Notes under the pieces: model-generated
What the model saw: the letters and a program-made list of their open reading frames with translations, nothing else
Told to the model about the DNA's origin: nothing
The model's database searches: none
Shown: positions 1 through 12,725 of the stretch, piece by piece
How positions within the stretch are numbered: the stretch's first letter is position 1
Layout of the letters: the number at the start of each line of letters is the position of its first letter
Assembly (NCBI RefSeq): GCF_964194025.1
Contig: NC_134473.1
Span: 2,170,001-2,234,000 of the forward strand
From: Convolutriloba macropyga
Taxonomy: Eukaryota
Reading direction: 5' to 3'
Length of the DNA: 64,000 nucleotides
Position numbers and translations under genes: made by a program

Positions 1-270
1 ACAATTATAATTTTACTTTTTGTAAGCCAAACTTGTTTTAAACTAGTTTGGTGTTAGTCTTTGATAAAAGAATAGCTTTTCCATAAGAAACTTACCTCTA
101 TGACCTGTACATTAGGATGAGAAAATGATGTTCAATTGACCTTTGATGACTCAGATATATACGACAAAAAGAATGTTTTCAAAGTCGTTTTGCGTTAGTT
201 TTCACTAATGGAACACTTCTTCCTTGAGAAATTTTTCTCTAGGACGTGTACATTAGGAGGAAAAAATGAT
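1..270 (+). repeat. End of a ~148-bp satellite array (cut by the window edge)
   Basis: Same monomer as 3550-4600 and 7590-9057; 81-270 is nearly identical to ~8740-8930. Confidence 0.9.
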
Positions 271-3200
271 GGTACAATTCTCAGCGAAAAAATTTTGGGG
301 GGCGATTTGTTCCATAAGTGAAGACAAAAGCAGAAATACATTTAAAATTATCAATAACGTTGATAGAGTATATATGTGTCAACAAATGTCAATTTAGCTT
401 TTTTTTATCCGCTGTAAAAAGAATTACAAGTTCTTTAGGTCAAAAATTAAACAGTGTCCAAAAATTCTGAAAAAGTCATTTGTTTCAATTTAAACTCAAC
501 TTTCATTTTCTCCAGACCCTTAAAAAAATGGAATGACCCCAAATCTGTCTTACAATAGATATACGAAAAATATATGTAAGCAATTTTAAATCATTTGACA
601 TTATCAAAATTTCTGCAATCATGCCACATTTTTTTGCTCCAACTTGTTCTCCAGGCTAAATATCAACCTACTTGATCAAACAAAAAGGGTTTCAAAAAGC
701 ATTCAAAAATTCTTTACAATCTTTTATACATCGTATGCGAGGTTTGTAAAAACGAATCGAGGTTTGCAAAAATTTTGGAAAGGCAAGATAATTTTTGGAA
801 TGATTTAAGTTGATACTTCAGTAAAAATTTCTAAAACATCAGTGAAACCACTATGCGCACTTCTACAGACCTTCAATTATATTGAAATAGAGAAAGTTTT
901 CTTCCTGAAGGCCGTTCATGTGTGAACATTGTATGAGAATGAAAACCAACCAATGACTTCATCTATATGTCATATAAAACTGAAGAAAAAATATGAGAGA
1001 TAATAATTTGTACAAATTAGAGCAAAACCTCTTCATCATTACTTAACTACAAATGAATGTTTCATACCTTCCTAAAGCTGTCAAGAAACAATTTCGATAG
1101 TCAATAGATGCAAACTACTTCTTATCTGTTGCCATAAAATATTACAAATAGTTAAAAATTAGTTAAAACTGCTGTCCAGAGCATTTTGTCAGACACGCAA
1201 TTATTTTGGTTTGCCGATGCCTTCGGAAAACCATTTTTTTCAAATTCAATTTGTTTTTAACCATAAATACAAGGCATATGTAAAAATATAAAAATTAAAC
1301 CACTATAAAGAAATAAAATTTAAAAATTCAGCTGAATTACACTTTGTATAAATTGTCAGCTGTCAATTGTCAATCAACAGCGGTTGTCCACTTCTCGTTT
1401 GTATTTTAATTATTTTTGTATGTGAATGTTAACCAGAACCAAAATTTGTCAAAATGCAAAACGAATTTAACGGAAACCGATAAATTACTGTTATAATAGA
1501 TCTGCAAGACCAAATAAGCTATGCTTCGCCAAAGGAGCTAAGTTTTGAGCAAATCTACAGGGCGGGAAAAACCAGCTTGAAAGATTAATAACTACAAACT
1601 AGTAGTTTATTGGGTAGTTTCCATTCTTTTATGGAAACTTAACAGCTCCCTTATATCCTACTCAAAAATCTGTGATAATTATAACAGATCAATAAACACT
1701 GAAAAAAATACTTTTTCTTGGAAATGGTAAAATTTTAGAGCACTATATGGATTTCCACAATTTCTTTGTCTAAAAATCTGTTCGGTTTTTGACGACTTTA
1801 GCAAAAACTGGAAATTGAACGTGATCCACTTTTTTAGCATACCATGCAAGAAGAAATGGATAACTTTTTTCCAATTTTTGCTAAAATTGTCAAAAACAAA
1901 ACACATTTTCAGATGAAAAAATTGTTGAAATCCATATAGTTCTCCTAATTTGTTCATTTCCAAGAATAAGAAGTTTTTTTCAGTTTTGCTTGATCTGTTG
2001 AAATTATCACAGTTTTCGAACAGGATATAAGGGATCTTTTAAGTTCCCAAAAAAGAACAGAAGCTACCCAACTGACTTCTACTATGTAGTTACTTGTTTT
2101 ATAAACAAGTCTATTCCCGCCCTGAAACTTCGCTCAAAAATTAGCTCATTTGGCAAAGCAAAGCCTATTTTGGTCCTGCAGATCTATTATGACAATCATT
2201 AATATGTTTCCGTTAATTTCATTTTGCATTTTGACAAATTTTGGTACTGCTAAACATTCACATACAAAAATAAAGAAAAAATATAAGAGATATTGACAAC
2301 CGCTCTTGATTGACAATTGACAGCTGAAAATTTATAAAATTTGTTTGTAATTCAGCTGAATTTTTCAATTTTGTTTCTTTAAAGTGGTTGAATATTAACG
2401 TAATTACAGATGCATTGTATATTTGCATAAATTCAGGAAGTTGCAAAAAACATTAGTGCTCCGAGGGCACCATCAAACAAATATACAAGCTTTTCTGACA
2501 AAATGATCTCAACAGGATTTTTTTGTATTCTTTTTGCTTTTTATTTGAAGTAAAATTACAGAGAAAAAACCCTTTTGCTGCTTCTAATAAATTATGCCCA
2601 CTATTACGAAGTAGTTTGCGTCTATTGACTGCTGAAAACGTTTTTTGACTGTCTTAGAAGGTATGAAGCATTCATAAGTAGTTAAGTAAAGATGGGGAAG
2701 TTTTGATTTGCTTTAATTTGTACAAATTGTTATCTCTCATCACTTTTTTTATTTAAGTTAACATATTGATGAACTCCTTTGTTGGTCTTCAATCTCAAAC
2801 AAGGTTCACATTTGAACATCCTTCATAAAAAATTTTGTATTTTTAAATATAAGTGAAGGTCTTTAGAAGTGCGTATCGTGGTTTTACTGATTTTAAAAAA
2901 AACCTTCTGATAAAAACCTTGTAGTTTATTAGTAAAAACTGTGCCTAAATACAATTACAATTTTATTATCAAACATTTGACCTCTAATGACTCATGGACA
3001 TTTTTTCTCGTTTTCGGGATACTTCTGGACATTTTAAGTTAATTTTAAAAGTATCAACGTAATTCATTCTGAAAATTATTTGGCCTTTCCAAAAGTTTTG
3101 CAAACCTCAAAAGTATTATATTAGACTGTTAAGGACTTTTGAATGCTTATTTGATCAAGTAGTTTGATGTTTATTCTGTAAAACAAGTTGTTAGCGAAAA

Positions 3201-3556
3201 AAAAATTGCAATGATTGCAGAAGTTTTGATGATCTTAATTGATTTAAATTTGCTTAGATTTTTTCCGTATATCTAATGTAAGATTGTTTCGGTGTCATTC
3301 AATATTTTTCGCTGGTCTGAAGAAAGAAACGTTTGAATTTAAAATAAAACAAAAAAATTGAGATTTTTTGGACACTGTTTTAGTTTTGACCAAAAAAAAT
3401 TGTAACACTTGTACACCCATTAAAAAATATTAAATTGACATTGGGTGACACACATATAATCTATGAACGTGATTGATATTTTCAAATGTTTTTCTGCAGT
3501 AGCCTCAACTCATTGAACAAGTTATCGCAAGAAAATTTTTCTCTTGGAATTGTGCC
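271..3556. repeat. Long inverted repeat (palindrome), copy 1; arms ~1.57 and ~1.71 kb, 3-nt loop
   Basis: Arms are reverse complements along their length, e.g. 330-395 gcagaaatacatttaaaattatcaataacgttgatagag pairs with 3432-3497. Centre is tccactttttta-gcat-ACC-atgc-aagaagaaatgga at 1841-1843. Confidence 0.92.
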
Positions 3557-4600
3557 CTATGAGGAAAAAAGGAAATACAATTGACCTTGATGAGTCATTT
3601 ATGCTTTAATTGAGCAATATTGATGGTTTTCATGTAGTTTTTTGTTACTTTCCTCCAGTGGAACAAATTTTGCAGAAGAAACCAACCTCATTAGGAGGAG
3701 GAGATGATGTACAATTGACCTTTGACGACTCATATAAACTTTTTGTGAGCCAAACTGATGTTTTTTAAATTAGTTTTCAAATGAAACAACATTTACCAAA
3801 GAAAATTATCTCTAATACTTGTACATTAAGAGAAAAAATAAGATGTACAAATGCCCTTCGATGAATCATAGATACATTGTGTGAGCAAAATTGATGGTTT
3901 TTGAAGTAGTTTGTGTAAGTTTTCACTAATTAAAAAATTTTTACTTAGGAAATTTTTCTCTCTGACCTGTACAAGAAGAGGGAAAAATGATGTAAAATTG
4001 ACCTTTGATGAATCATATATAAGTTAAGTGCGCAAAATTGATGTTTTTCAAAAGTTTTGTGTTAGTTTCCACTAATGGAACAACTTTTCCTAAAGAATTT
4101 TTTCTCTAGGACTTGTACATTATGAGGGAAAAAAATATGTACAATTCACTTTTGATGACTCATAAATGTTTTATGAGCAAAATTGATGTTATTTAAAGTA
4201 AATTTGTGTTAGTTTCCGCTATTGAAACAACTTTTCTTGAAAAAAATTTTTTCTAGGTCGTGAAAGTTAAATGGAAAAAAATTATTTACAATTGAATTTT
4301 GATGAGTCATTTATAACTTAAATGAGCAAAAGTGATGTTTTTGAAGTAGTTTTGTGTTTGATTTCAATAGTGGAAGAACTTTCCGTAAGAAATTTTTCGG
4401 ACTTTAAAGAATTTTTTAGGATTTGTACATTGAGAGTAAAAAGTGATGTACAATTGACCATTGATGATTCATATATACCTTTTGTGAGCAAAATTGATGC
4501 TTTTAAACTAATTTTGTGTTAGTTTTTGCGAATGGAATAACTTTTCCATAAGAAATTTACCTCTATGACTTGTACATTAGGAGGGAAAAAATGATTGTAC
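3550..4600 (+). repeat. Satellite array, ~8 monomers of ~146-163 bp
   Basis: The TGTACA marker (or a diverged equivalent) recurs at 3820, 3968, 4114, ~4261, 4424, 4572. Monomer core: ttgtacattaggagggaaaaaatgatgtacaattgacctttgatgactcat...gagcaaaattgatg. Confidence 0.93.
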
Positions 4601-7598
4601 AAGTCTCAGCGAAAAATTTTCTGCGAATGATTTGTTCCATAAGTGAACACAAGAGCAAAAACACATTTAAAAATATCAATCACGTTCATAGAGTATTTAG
4701 GTTTCAACAAATTTCAATTTAACTTTTTTTTATTCGGTGTACAAGAATTACAATTTCTTTAGGTAAAAACTTAAAGAGTGTCCAAAAATTCGCAAAAAAA
4801 TTTTGTTTCATTTTAATTTAAGATTACCTGTGAAAAATGAAATGACACCAAAACTGTCTTACAATAGATATACGAAAAAAAAATCAAAGCAAAATTAAAT
4901 CATTTGACTTTATCAAAGTATCTGCAATCATACCACATTTCTTTGCTACAACTTGTTCTCCAGGCTAAATATCAACCTACATGATAAAAAAAGGATCTTA
5001 AAAGGCATTCAAAATTCCTTCACAGTCTTGTATACATCGTATGCGAGGTTTGCAAAAACGTATCGAGGTTTGCAAAAATTTCGGAAAGGCAAGATAATTT
5101 TTGGAATGATTTACGTTGATACATTAGTAAAAATTTCTAAAACATCAGTGAAACCAACATGCGCACATCTACAGACCTTCAATTATATTTAAATAGAGAA
5201 AGTTTTCTTCCTGAAGGCTGTTCAAGTGTGAACATTATATGAGAAAGAAAACGAGGACTTCATCTATATGTCATCTAAAATAAAAGAGCAAAGATGAGAG
5301 ATAATAATTTGTACAAATTTGTAAATTATTAGAAATCGTTAAAAATTTAGTTAAAACTGCTGTTCAGAGCATTTTGTCAGAAAAGCATTTTTTTTGGTTT
5401 GCTGATGCCTTCAGAGCACCATTTAAAAATTCATCTGAATCACAATTTGTCAAAACTGTCAGCTGTCAATTGTCAATCAACAGCTGTTGTATAAATCTCT
5501 TGTATCTTTTATTTATTTTTGTATGTGAATGTTCAGCACTACCAAATTTCATCAAAAAGCAAAATCAATTCAACGGCAACAGATAAATGATTGTTATTAT
5601 AGATATGCAAGACATATTATGCTATGCTTTTCAAAGTTTTGAGCAAATTTTCAGGGCGGGAAAAGTCAGCTTGGAAGATAAGTAACTAGAAACCAGTAGT
5701 TAATTGGGTAGCAGATCAATAAAAACTGAAAAAAATCCTTTTCTTGGAAATGGGAAAAATTTAGAGCACTATATGGATTTGCATAATATCTTTACCTAAA
5801 AATGTGTTCGGTTTTTGACGACTGTAGCTAAAAATGGAAATTGAACGTGATCCACTTTTTTAGCATATCATGCAAGAAAAAATTGACAATTTTTGTTTCC
5901 AATTTTAGCTAAAATTGTCAAAAACAGAACACATTTTCATATGAAAAAATTTTGGAACTCCATATAGTTCTCCTAATTAGTCCATTTCCAAGAAAAAGAA
6001 GTTCTTTCAGTTTTGCTTGATCTGTTGAAATTATCACAGTTTTCGAGTAGGATATAAGGGATCTGTTAAGATCCCAAAAAACAACAGAAGCTACCCAACT
6101 GACTTCTACTATGTAGTTACTTGTTTTATAAACTAGTCTATTCCCGCCCTGAAACTTCGCTCAAAAATTAGCTCAATTGGCAAAGCAAAGCTTATTTTTG
6201 TCTTGAAGATCTATTATAACAATCATTAATATGTTTCCGTTAAATGCTTTTTGCATTTTGACAATTTTTGGTACTGCTAAAAATTCACATAAAATTAAAG
6301 AAAAAATACAAGGGATAGTGACAACCGCTCTTGATTGACAATTGACAGCTAACAATTTATACAATTTTTAATGCAGCTGATTTTTTTAATTTTGTTTCTT
6401 TAAAGTGCTTGAAGATTAACGTAATTACAGATGCATTGTTAACTTGCATAAATCCAGGAAGTTGCAAAGAAAAATAGCGCACCGAGGGCACCATTAAACC
6501 AATATAAAAGCTTTTCTGACAAAATGATCTCCACAGGAGTTTTTTTGTATTCTTTTTGTTTTTTATTTGAAGCAAAATCAGAGAGAAAAAAGCTTTTTGC
6601 TGTTTCTAATAAATTCTGCCCGCTATTAAGAAGTAGTTTGCGTCTAGTGACTGTTGAAAACGTTTTTTGACTGTTTTAGAACGTATGAAGCATTCATATG
6701 TAGTTAAGTAATGATGGGGATTTTTGCTTTAATTTGTACAAATTATTATCGCTCATATTTTTTTTTGATTTAGGTTAACATTTAGACCAACTCCTTGGTT
6801 GGTTTTCAATCTCAAACAAGATTCACATTTGAACATCCTTCAGAAGAAGAATTTTGTCTTTTTGAATATAAGTGAAGGTCTGTAGAAGTGCTCATAGTGG
6901 TTTTATTGATTTCTTTAAAAAAACTTTCTGATAAACTCTTTGTAGTTCATTAAGAAAAATTTTGCATAAAAAACAATCATAATTTTAATATCAAACATTT
7001 GACTTCTAATGACTAATGGACATTTTTTCACGTTTTTGGGATACTTCTGGACATTTTAAGTTAAATTTAAAAGTATCAACCTAATTCATTCTGAAAAATT
7101 TTTGGCCTTCCCCAAAATTTTTGCAAACTTCAAACGTATTATATTTGACTGTAAAGGATTTTTGAATGCTTTTAGAGACATTTCTTGGACAAGTGGGCTG
7201 ATACTTATCCTGCAAATCAAGTTTTAGCGAAAAAAAAAAACTTGCAATGATTGCAGAAGTTTTGATAGTCTTAAATGATTTAAATTTGCTCAGATTTTTT
7301 TTCCCGTATATCTAATATAACATAGTTTCGGTGTCATTCCAGTTTTTTCGCAGGTCTGAAGAAATAGACGTTTGAATTTAAAATGAAACAAAAAACATTT
7401 GAGAATTTTTGGACACTGTTTAAGTTTTGACCAAGAGAACTTGTAATACTTGTACGCCCAATAAAAAATTTAAGTTGATTATTTGGTAACACATATATAC
7501 TCTATGAACGTGATTGATATTTTTAAATTGTTTTTCTGCATTATTCTTAATTTATGGAACAAATTATCCCAGGATATTTTTTCTCCGGGACTTGTACC
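4596..7598. repeat. Long inverted repeat (palindrome), copy 2
   Basis: Direct paralogue of 271-3556 with deletions in the left arm; centre gcat-ATC-atgc at 5867-5869. Confidence 0.92.
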
Positions 7599-9057
7599 GT
7601 ATGAGGAAAAAATGATGTACAATTGAACTTGATGTGTCATATATGCTTTCAGTGAGCAAAATTGATTTTTTTAAAAGTATTTTTGTGTTTGTTTCCACTA
7701 ATGGAAAAAAGTTTCCTTAGAAACTTTTCTCTAGAACGTGTACATTAAGAGGAGAAAAATGATGTACAATTGAACTTTGATGAGTCATTTATACTTAAAG
7801 TGAGCAAAATTGATGATTTTTATGAAGTTTTATGTTACTTTCAATTAGTGGAACAACTTTTGCAAAAGAAGCTCACCTCTTTTACTGTACAATTGACCTT
7901 TGACGACTCATATAAACCAATTTTTAGCCAATTTGATGGTTTTTAAATTTGTTTTGTGTAAGTTTTCACTATCGAAACAACATTTACCAAAGAAACTTAT
8001 CGCTAGTACTCGTACATTAAGAGAAAAAAAAGATGTACAAATGACCTTCGATGAATCATAGATACTTTGTGTGAGCAAAATTGATGGTTTTTGAAGCAGT
8101 TTCGTTTAAGTTTTCACTAATTAAAAAACATTTACTTCGGAAACTTTTCTCTCTGACTTGTACAATAAGAGGGTAAAATGATGTACAATTGACCTTTGAT
8201 GAATCATATATAAGTTAAGTGCGCAAAATTGATGTTTTTCAAAATTGTTTTGTGTTAGTTTCCACTAATGGAACAACTTTTCCTTAAGAATTTTTTCTCT
8301 AGGACTTGTACATTATGAGGAAAAAAAATATGTACAATTCACTTTTGATGACTCATAAATGTTTTATGAGCAAAATTGATGTTATTTAAAGTAAATTTGT
8401 GTTAGTTTCCGCTAATGAAACAATTTTTACAGAAAAAAATTTTTTCTAGGTCATGAAAATTAAATGGAAAAAAATTATGTACAATTGACTTTTGATGAGT
8501 CATTTATAATTTAAATTAGCAAAAGTGATGTTTTTTAAGTAGTTTTGTGTTAGATTTCAATAGTGGAAGAACTTTCCGTAAGAAATTTTTCGGACTTTAA
8601 AGAATTTTTTAGGATTTGTACATTGAGAGGAAAAAGTGATGAACAATTGACCATTGATGATTCATATATACCTTTTTTGAGCAAAATTGATGCTTTTAAA
8701 ATAATTTTGTGTTAGTTTTTGCTAATGGATTAACTTTTCCATAAGAAATTTACCTCTATGACTTGTACATTAGGATGAGAAAATGATGTTCAATTGACCT
8801 TTGATAACTCAGATATATACGACAAAAAGAATGTTTTCAAAGTCGTTTTGCGTTAGTTTTCACTAATGGAACACTTCTTCCTTGAGAAATTTTTCTCTAG
8901 GACGTGTACATTAGGAGGAAAAAATGATGTACAATTGATCTTTGATGAATCATTTGTGCCTTAAGTGAGCAAAAATGATGTTTTTAAAAGTAGTTTTGTG
9001 TTAGTTTTCACTAATAGATTAAATTTTACATAAAAATTTTTCTCTATGACTTGTACA
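7590..9057 (+). repeat. Satellite array, ~11 monomers of ~148 bp
   Basis: Marker recurs at ~7739, 8012, 8159, 8307, 8454, 8617, 8764, 8905, 9052; the order of monomer variants repeats that of 3550-4600. Confidence 0.93.
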
Positions 9058-9065
9058 CCAAGAGT

Positions 9066-9262
9066 CAAAAATTGATGTCGTTTCAAAATTGATGGGTCGT
9101 CTATTTTCTATTTGTGATACCATCTTGACAAATGATAAATGTTTGTTTGGGTAATGCAGCTGTTTGGGTAATGCAAAAATTGATGTCATTTCACAATTGA
9201 TGGGTCGTCTATATTCTATTTGTGATACCATCTTGACCAATGATAAATATTTGTTTGGGTAA
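9066..9262 (+). repeat. ~108-bp tandem duplication at the right border of the satellite
   Basis: caaaaattgatgtc...gggtcgtcta...gtgataccatcttgac...tgtttgggtaa occurs twice; this explains the internal repeat in ORF 9019..9285. Confidence 0.9.
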
Positions 9263-12200
9263 CTCAATCTCTCCTTCAAAAACATAGAGAAAAAATGATT
9301 GCTGATAATTAAGGAACGCTATTTTAAAATTTTTTTGTTGCTCCGACTACTTTTTTTTAAAAAAAAAATCGATCCGTGGAGGAGTTATATAGGTGAAAAT
9401 TAGAATTGGTGAAAATCTATACTGGGTAAAAAGAAATTTTTTATGGCTTACTTTCCATAAGTTTTCTAATTTCCTTCTCTACACCACTCCTATTGCTGAC
9501 TGGTTCTTGATCCGCTCAAATGATATAGCAGCAAAATGTTGTTCTTCTGGTTTCCAGATGTTCACTTTTTTGCTTCCTTATACCAATTTGTTTTTTGAGG
9601 GAGTTTTGAACCCGTCGGAAGTTAAACAACAGGTTTTTTCTGTTGTTTCCGTTTTTTTTCTGCTTTCTTTCCCACTCTCTGTAACCAAAGATTTTGTTCC
9701 ACCGCTTTCTAGTTGTTCTTCTTGACACTGCTCGTTTTTTCTGACTGATTCTTCCAAACTAAAAAAAAACAAGATATTTGTTTACTTTTCTGCTTCCTCG
9801 CTGACTTAGTTTTAAATTTTTAGTATTGAACTGATCATTTTGTGCGGGGCGGAAAATGCTCACAACTTACAATTTTGTTTTTTTTCTGCTCGACAATTGT
9901 CTTCCCTGTGGAAAATTACTGATCTTTGCTGGAGAAAGTAACATATAATCAATTCAAAGATTGGATTCTCTCAGATTATTATCTTTCAGAATGCGTTTTT
10001 TGTTCCTTAATTTTTGACATAAACTCTATTGAAGAATCATTCACTTTTATCGTGTTCAAACATGTTGTTTTCGAGGACGGATTTCGTCAAAATGTAATTA
10101 TTCTGAATCATATTGCTGGTTGTGTAATAAAAGTGAGGGAAGCCATTTAACAGTCAGAACGAGACGAGTTTGAGTTCGTGTTCTAAAAATAGCCCTTAGG
10201 TAATATTTTCATCAGAATGTAGAACACTAAAAAATTTTGTTTGCTGACGTTTCACATGTAATTAAAAAGTATTATCTTCGACGTGAGAAGTCCCTGAGCC
10301 TGCATACGCAAGACGAATATATAATTTATTCACACTAGACGCTCAGATTTTTGGCAATCCGCAAAAGTGTTCATGGCAACCATAGACTCGATTTATAGCC
10401 CCCAGGCATTAGTCGGGTATACAAACAATAATCTCCACATTGTAAGCGCTTGATTAATTATTCCTTATAAATCAAGGAGTTAAACCTGTGGGCTTCAAAA
10501 TGGAGGTAAGATGAGTCTGTTACATATTCAGGCAACAATCCTAGCATACAGGGAATAATTGCCAGGAACATTCCATCCGCGCGCATGATCGAACATGTTT
10601 GGGAGAAAAAGCCAAAAAGTGAGTTCAGATGAATAGTTTTGTTACAACTTTGGTCCTATGAAAAGTATCACCTGAGTCATTTCACTGCATAAATTTAGCA
10701 CATAAGAACAATTACTTTACAACGATCAGTAATTGGAAACTTTGTTCTAAAAAATTGTGGCTATTACCGAAAAATAGACCGGAAAAATTTCCTTCTTCAT
10801 GTACCCTGTTTTAAAATCTGATATCAAACCTATTTTATATCTCGCAACAAAAGTTTTTCGCCTATTTTAACAGATGCCTAAAACAGTTGTGCTTTTGTTC
10901 ACTTTCACCAATTTACAGCTCATAAAAACATAATTTAATTTATTTTGGAGTTTTCAATCGTAGAGTCAGACTGAACGGATGAAGTGCCACCTTCTACTTC
11001 AATATAAAGAAAAAAAAACAAAAAAAAACATGAAAATTACGAAAGTGTTACAATAAAGATGATTAAAACACGAAAAGTTCTTGTTTATTTATAGAATAGC
11101 CCTCTAAGTGGTTTCACACCACAATGTTTTCACGCGGGACAGATGCCAATAAAAACTTGAAAAAGAACCGGCATGTATACTTCTAAAACTTATTTATGTC
11201 TTCACTGTTTGTTCTTTTCTTGCGCGAGAAGTAACTCATTGAGAAAGACAAAAACGACTTGAAAAAACTTGCGGAATCAAGAAGGCAAGCCGCTCCACTT
11301 TACTGCAGTTTAAAATTACTCTTGTCAAACATATCTGTTTTTAGTTATTAGTGAGACCAAGTTGCAATATAATTTGTTCCGAACGGAAGCCTCCATTGAA
11401 GAATAACAGAAATAACAGAGAAACAAAAATAACAGAATATAACAAATAAAAGTTTGGCGGCTCCAGCTCTTTTTCTTTGCAAATTTTATGTTTCTGTCAA
11501 AATTTTTTTGGAAGACTACTAATAGTTTGACAAGAGGTTGTTTTTTTCTCCGTCAGAAAAGAGAAGAAAATTTAAATTTTTATCTGGTTTTCTTTCGTCT
11601 ATTTACTGAAAAGATGGCGTACTTTCACTATGATTATGATGAGTACCAGGACTACTACTATATAGAAGGTTGTTCAATGGATCCGACCCTGCTAAAAAAA
11701 AACTTTCGAGTTCGATGAAATGCGCTGAGTTATTTCGAGTCATGGACATGAGCTGACCTGCAGACGAAACTTATTGCAAATTGAGAAATGTGCCGGAAAA
11801 CCGCTCAATACCTCTTTGAAAAACTCCGCGAATTTAGCGCATAATAGTTGTTACAGCAGAAAAGATATGATTAATGCAGGTCCAATTTTCGTAATGATTT
11901 TTTAATTGTTCTAATTTTATTTCATTTTTTTGCTCGGAAGCACTTTAGTGTTGGGTGCAACTATAGACTCGAATGTTTTTTTTCACTTTTAGCCAATCGA
12001 TATTATCATCCTGGAGAGTAGTGATTGAAATCATTAGCAAGAGCGTACAGCTTAGCATATGTAATTCGACGATCTTTTTGAATTGCGTTTTTTTCTAGGC
12101 GAGTATCGGGGTTCAAGATTTGTTAACATTGCAAAGTTATCCGTTGTTTTGTTCACACTTTACAAAAACTTTGGTCAATTTGACGTTAACTTTGTCATAG

Positions 12201-12399
12201 TTTAAGAATTTAGTTGCTAGTAGTACTATTTATTTCGGCTAATGACCCAAAGGAGTGTTGCTAACTCTTTTTCTTCCGATAATTTTAGCCTGAAATCTGA
12301 TGAATTGCATAAAAGGAAACTTCTGGCTCTGCAATATTTTGGTTTTTTAAAATTTCACTGAGTGTTTTAAAAACACTTCCAGGTGCTAGTAAATAATTA

Positions 12400-12725
12400 T
12401 GATCGTTAACACAGATTTTTGGGAAGTAAGGGTCTTTTCATTATGATGTTTACTGACGACTGAGCTTCGCTTTGAGTTTTCAACAAAATTGTTGGAAAAA
12501 TATTACTCAAGTTTGCTAATCCTAAGTGTAGCATCAATAAAAATATGATTTCTTCCTCTATGGTTTTTGTTATAATCTCAATTTTAAGTTAAATTCAACG
12601 TACAAAGAAGCTACGAAGAAAACCTCCCAGAAGTTTTTTAATCTTCCCCAGATTGATGTCCGGGACGAAAAATCCTTATGTCCAGATGATCCCAGACAAA
12701 ACATGTCTATGTCCAGACCCTCCAA
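12400..12725 (+). repeat. Dispersed ~325-bp repeat, copy A
   Basis: Colinear with 14465-14785 (gactgagctt.gct.tgagttttcaa, aagctacgaa, tccttatgt..aga, tccagacc). Confidence 0.8.

Noticed and set aside
1679-6575. ORF-track ORFs inside the palindromes
   Set aside because: Short and F/K/L/I-biased, with frames not conserved between copies.
3550-9057. Satellite arrays as a CRISPR array
   Set aside because: Whole monomers are homologous, with no unique spacers, no cas genes, and a eukaryotic context.
10367-10512. RFX X-box-like GTGTTCATGGCAAC followed by an ATGGAG|gtaaga micro-exon
   Set aside because: Imperfect motif and no convincing downstream exon; could be chance.
11614-11718. Tyr/Asp-rich MAYFHYDYDEYQDYYYIEG as a gene start
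   Set aside because: Very short, no clear donor or continuation.
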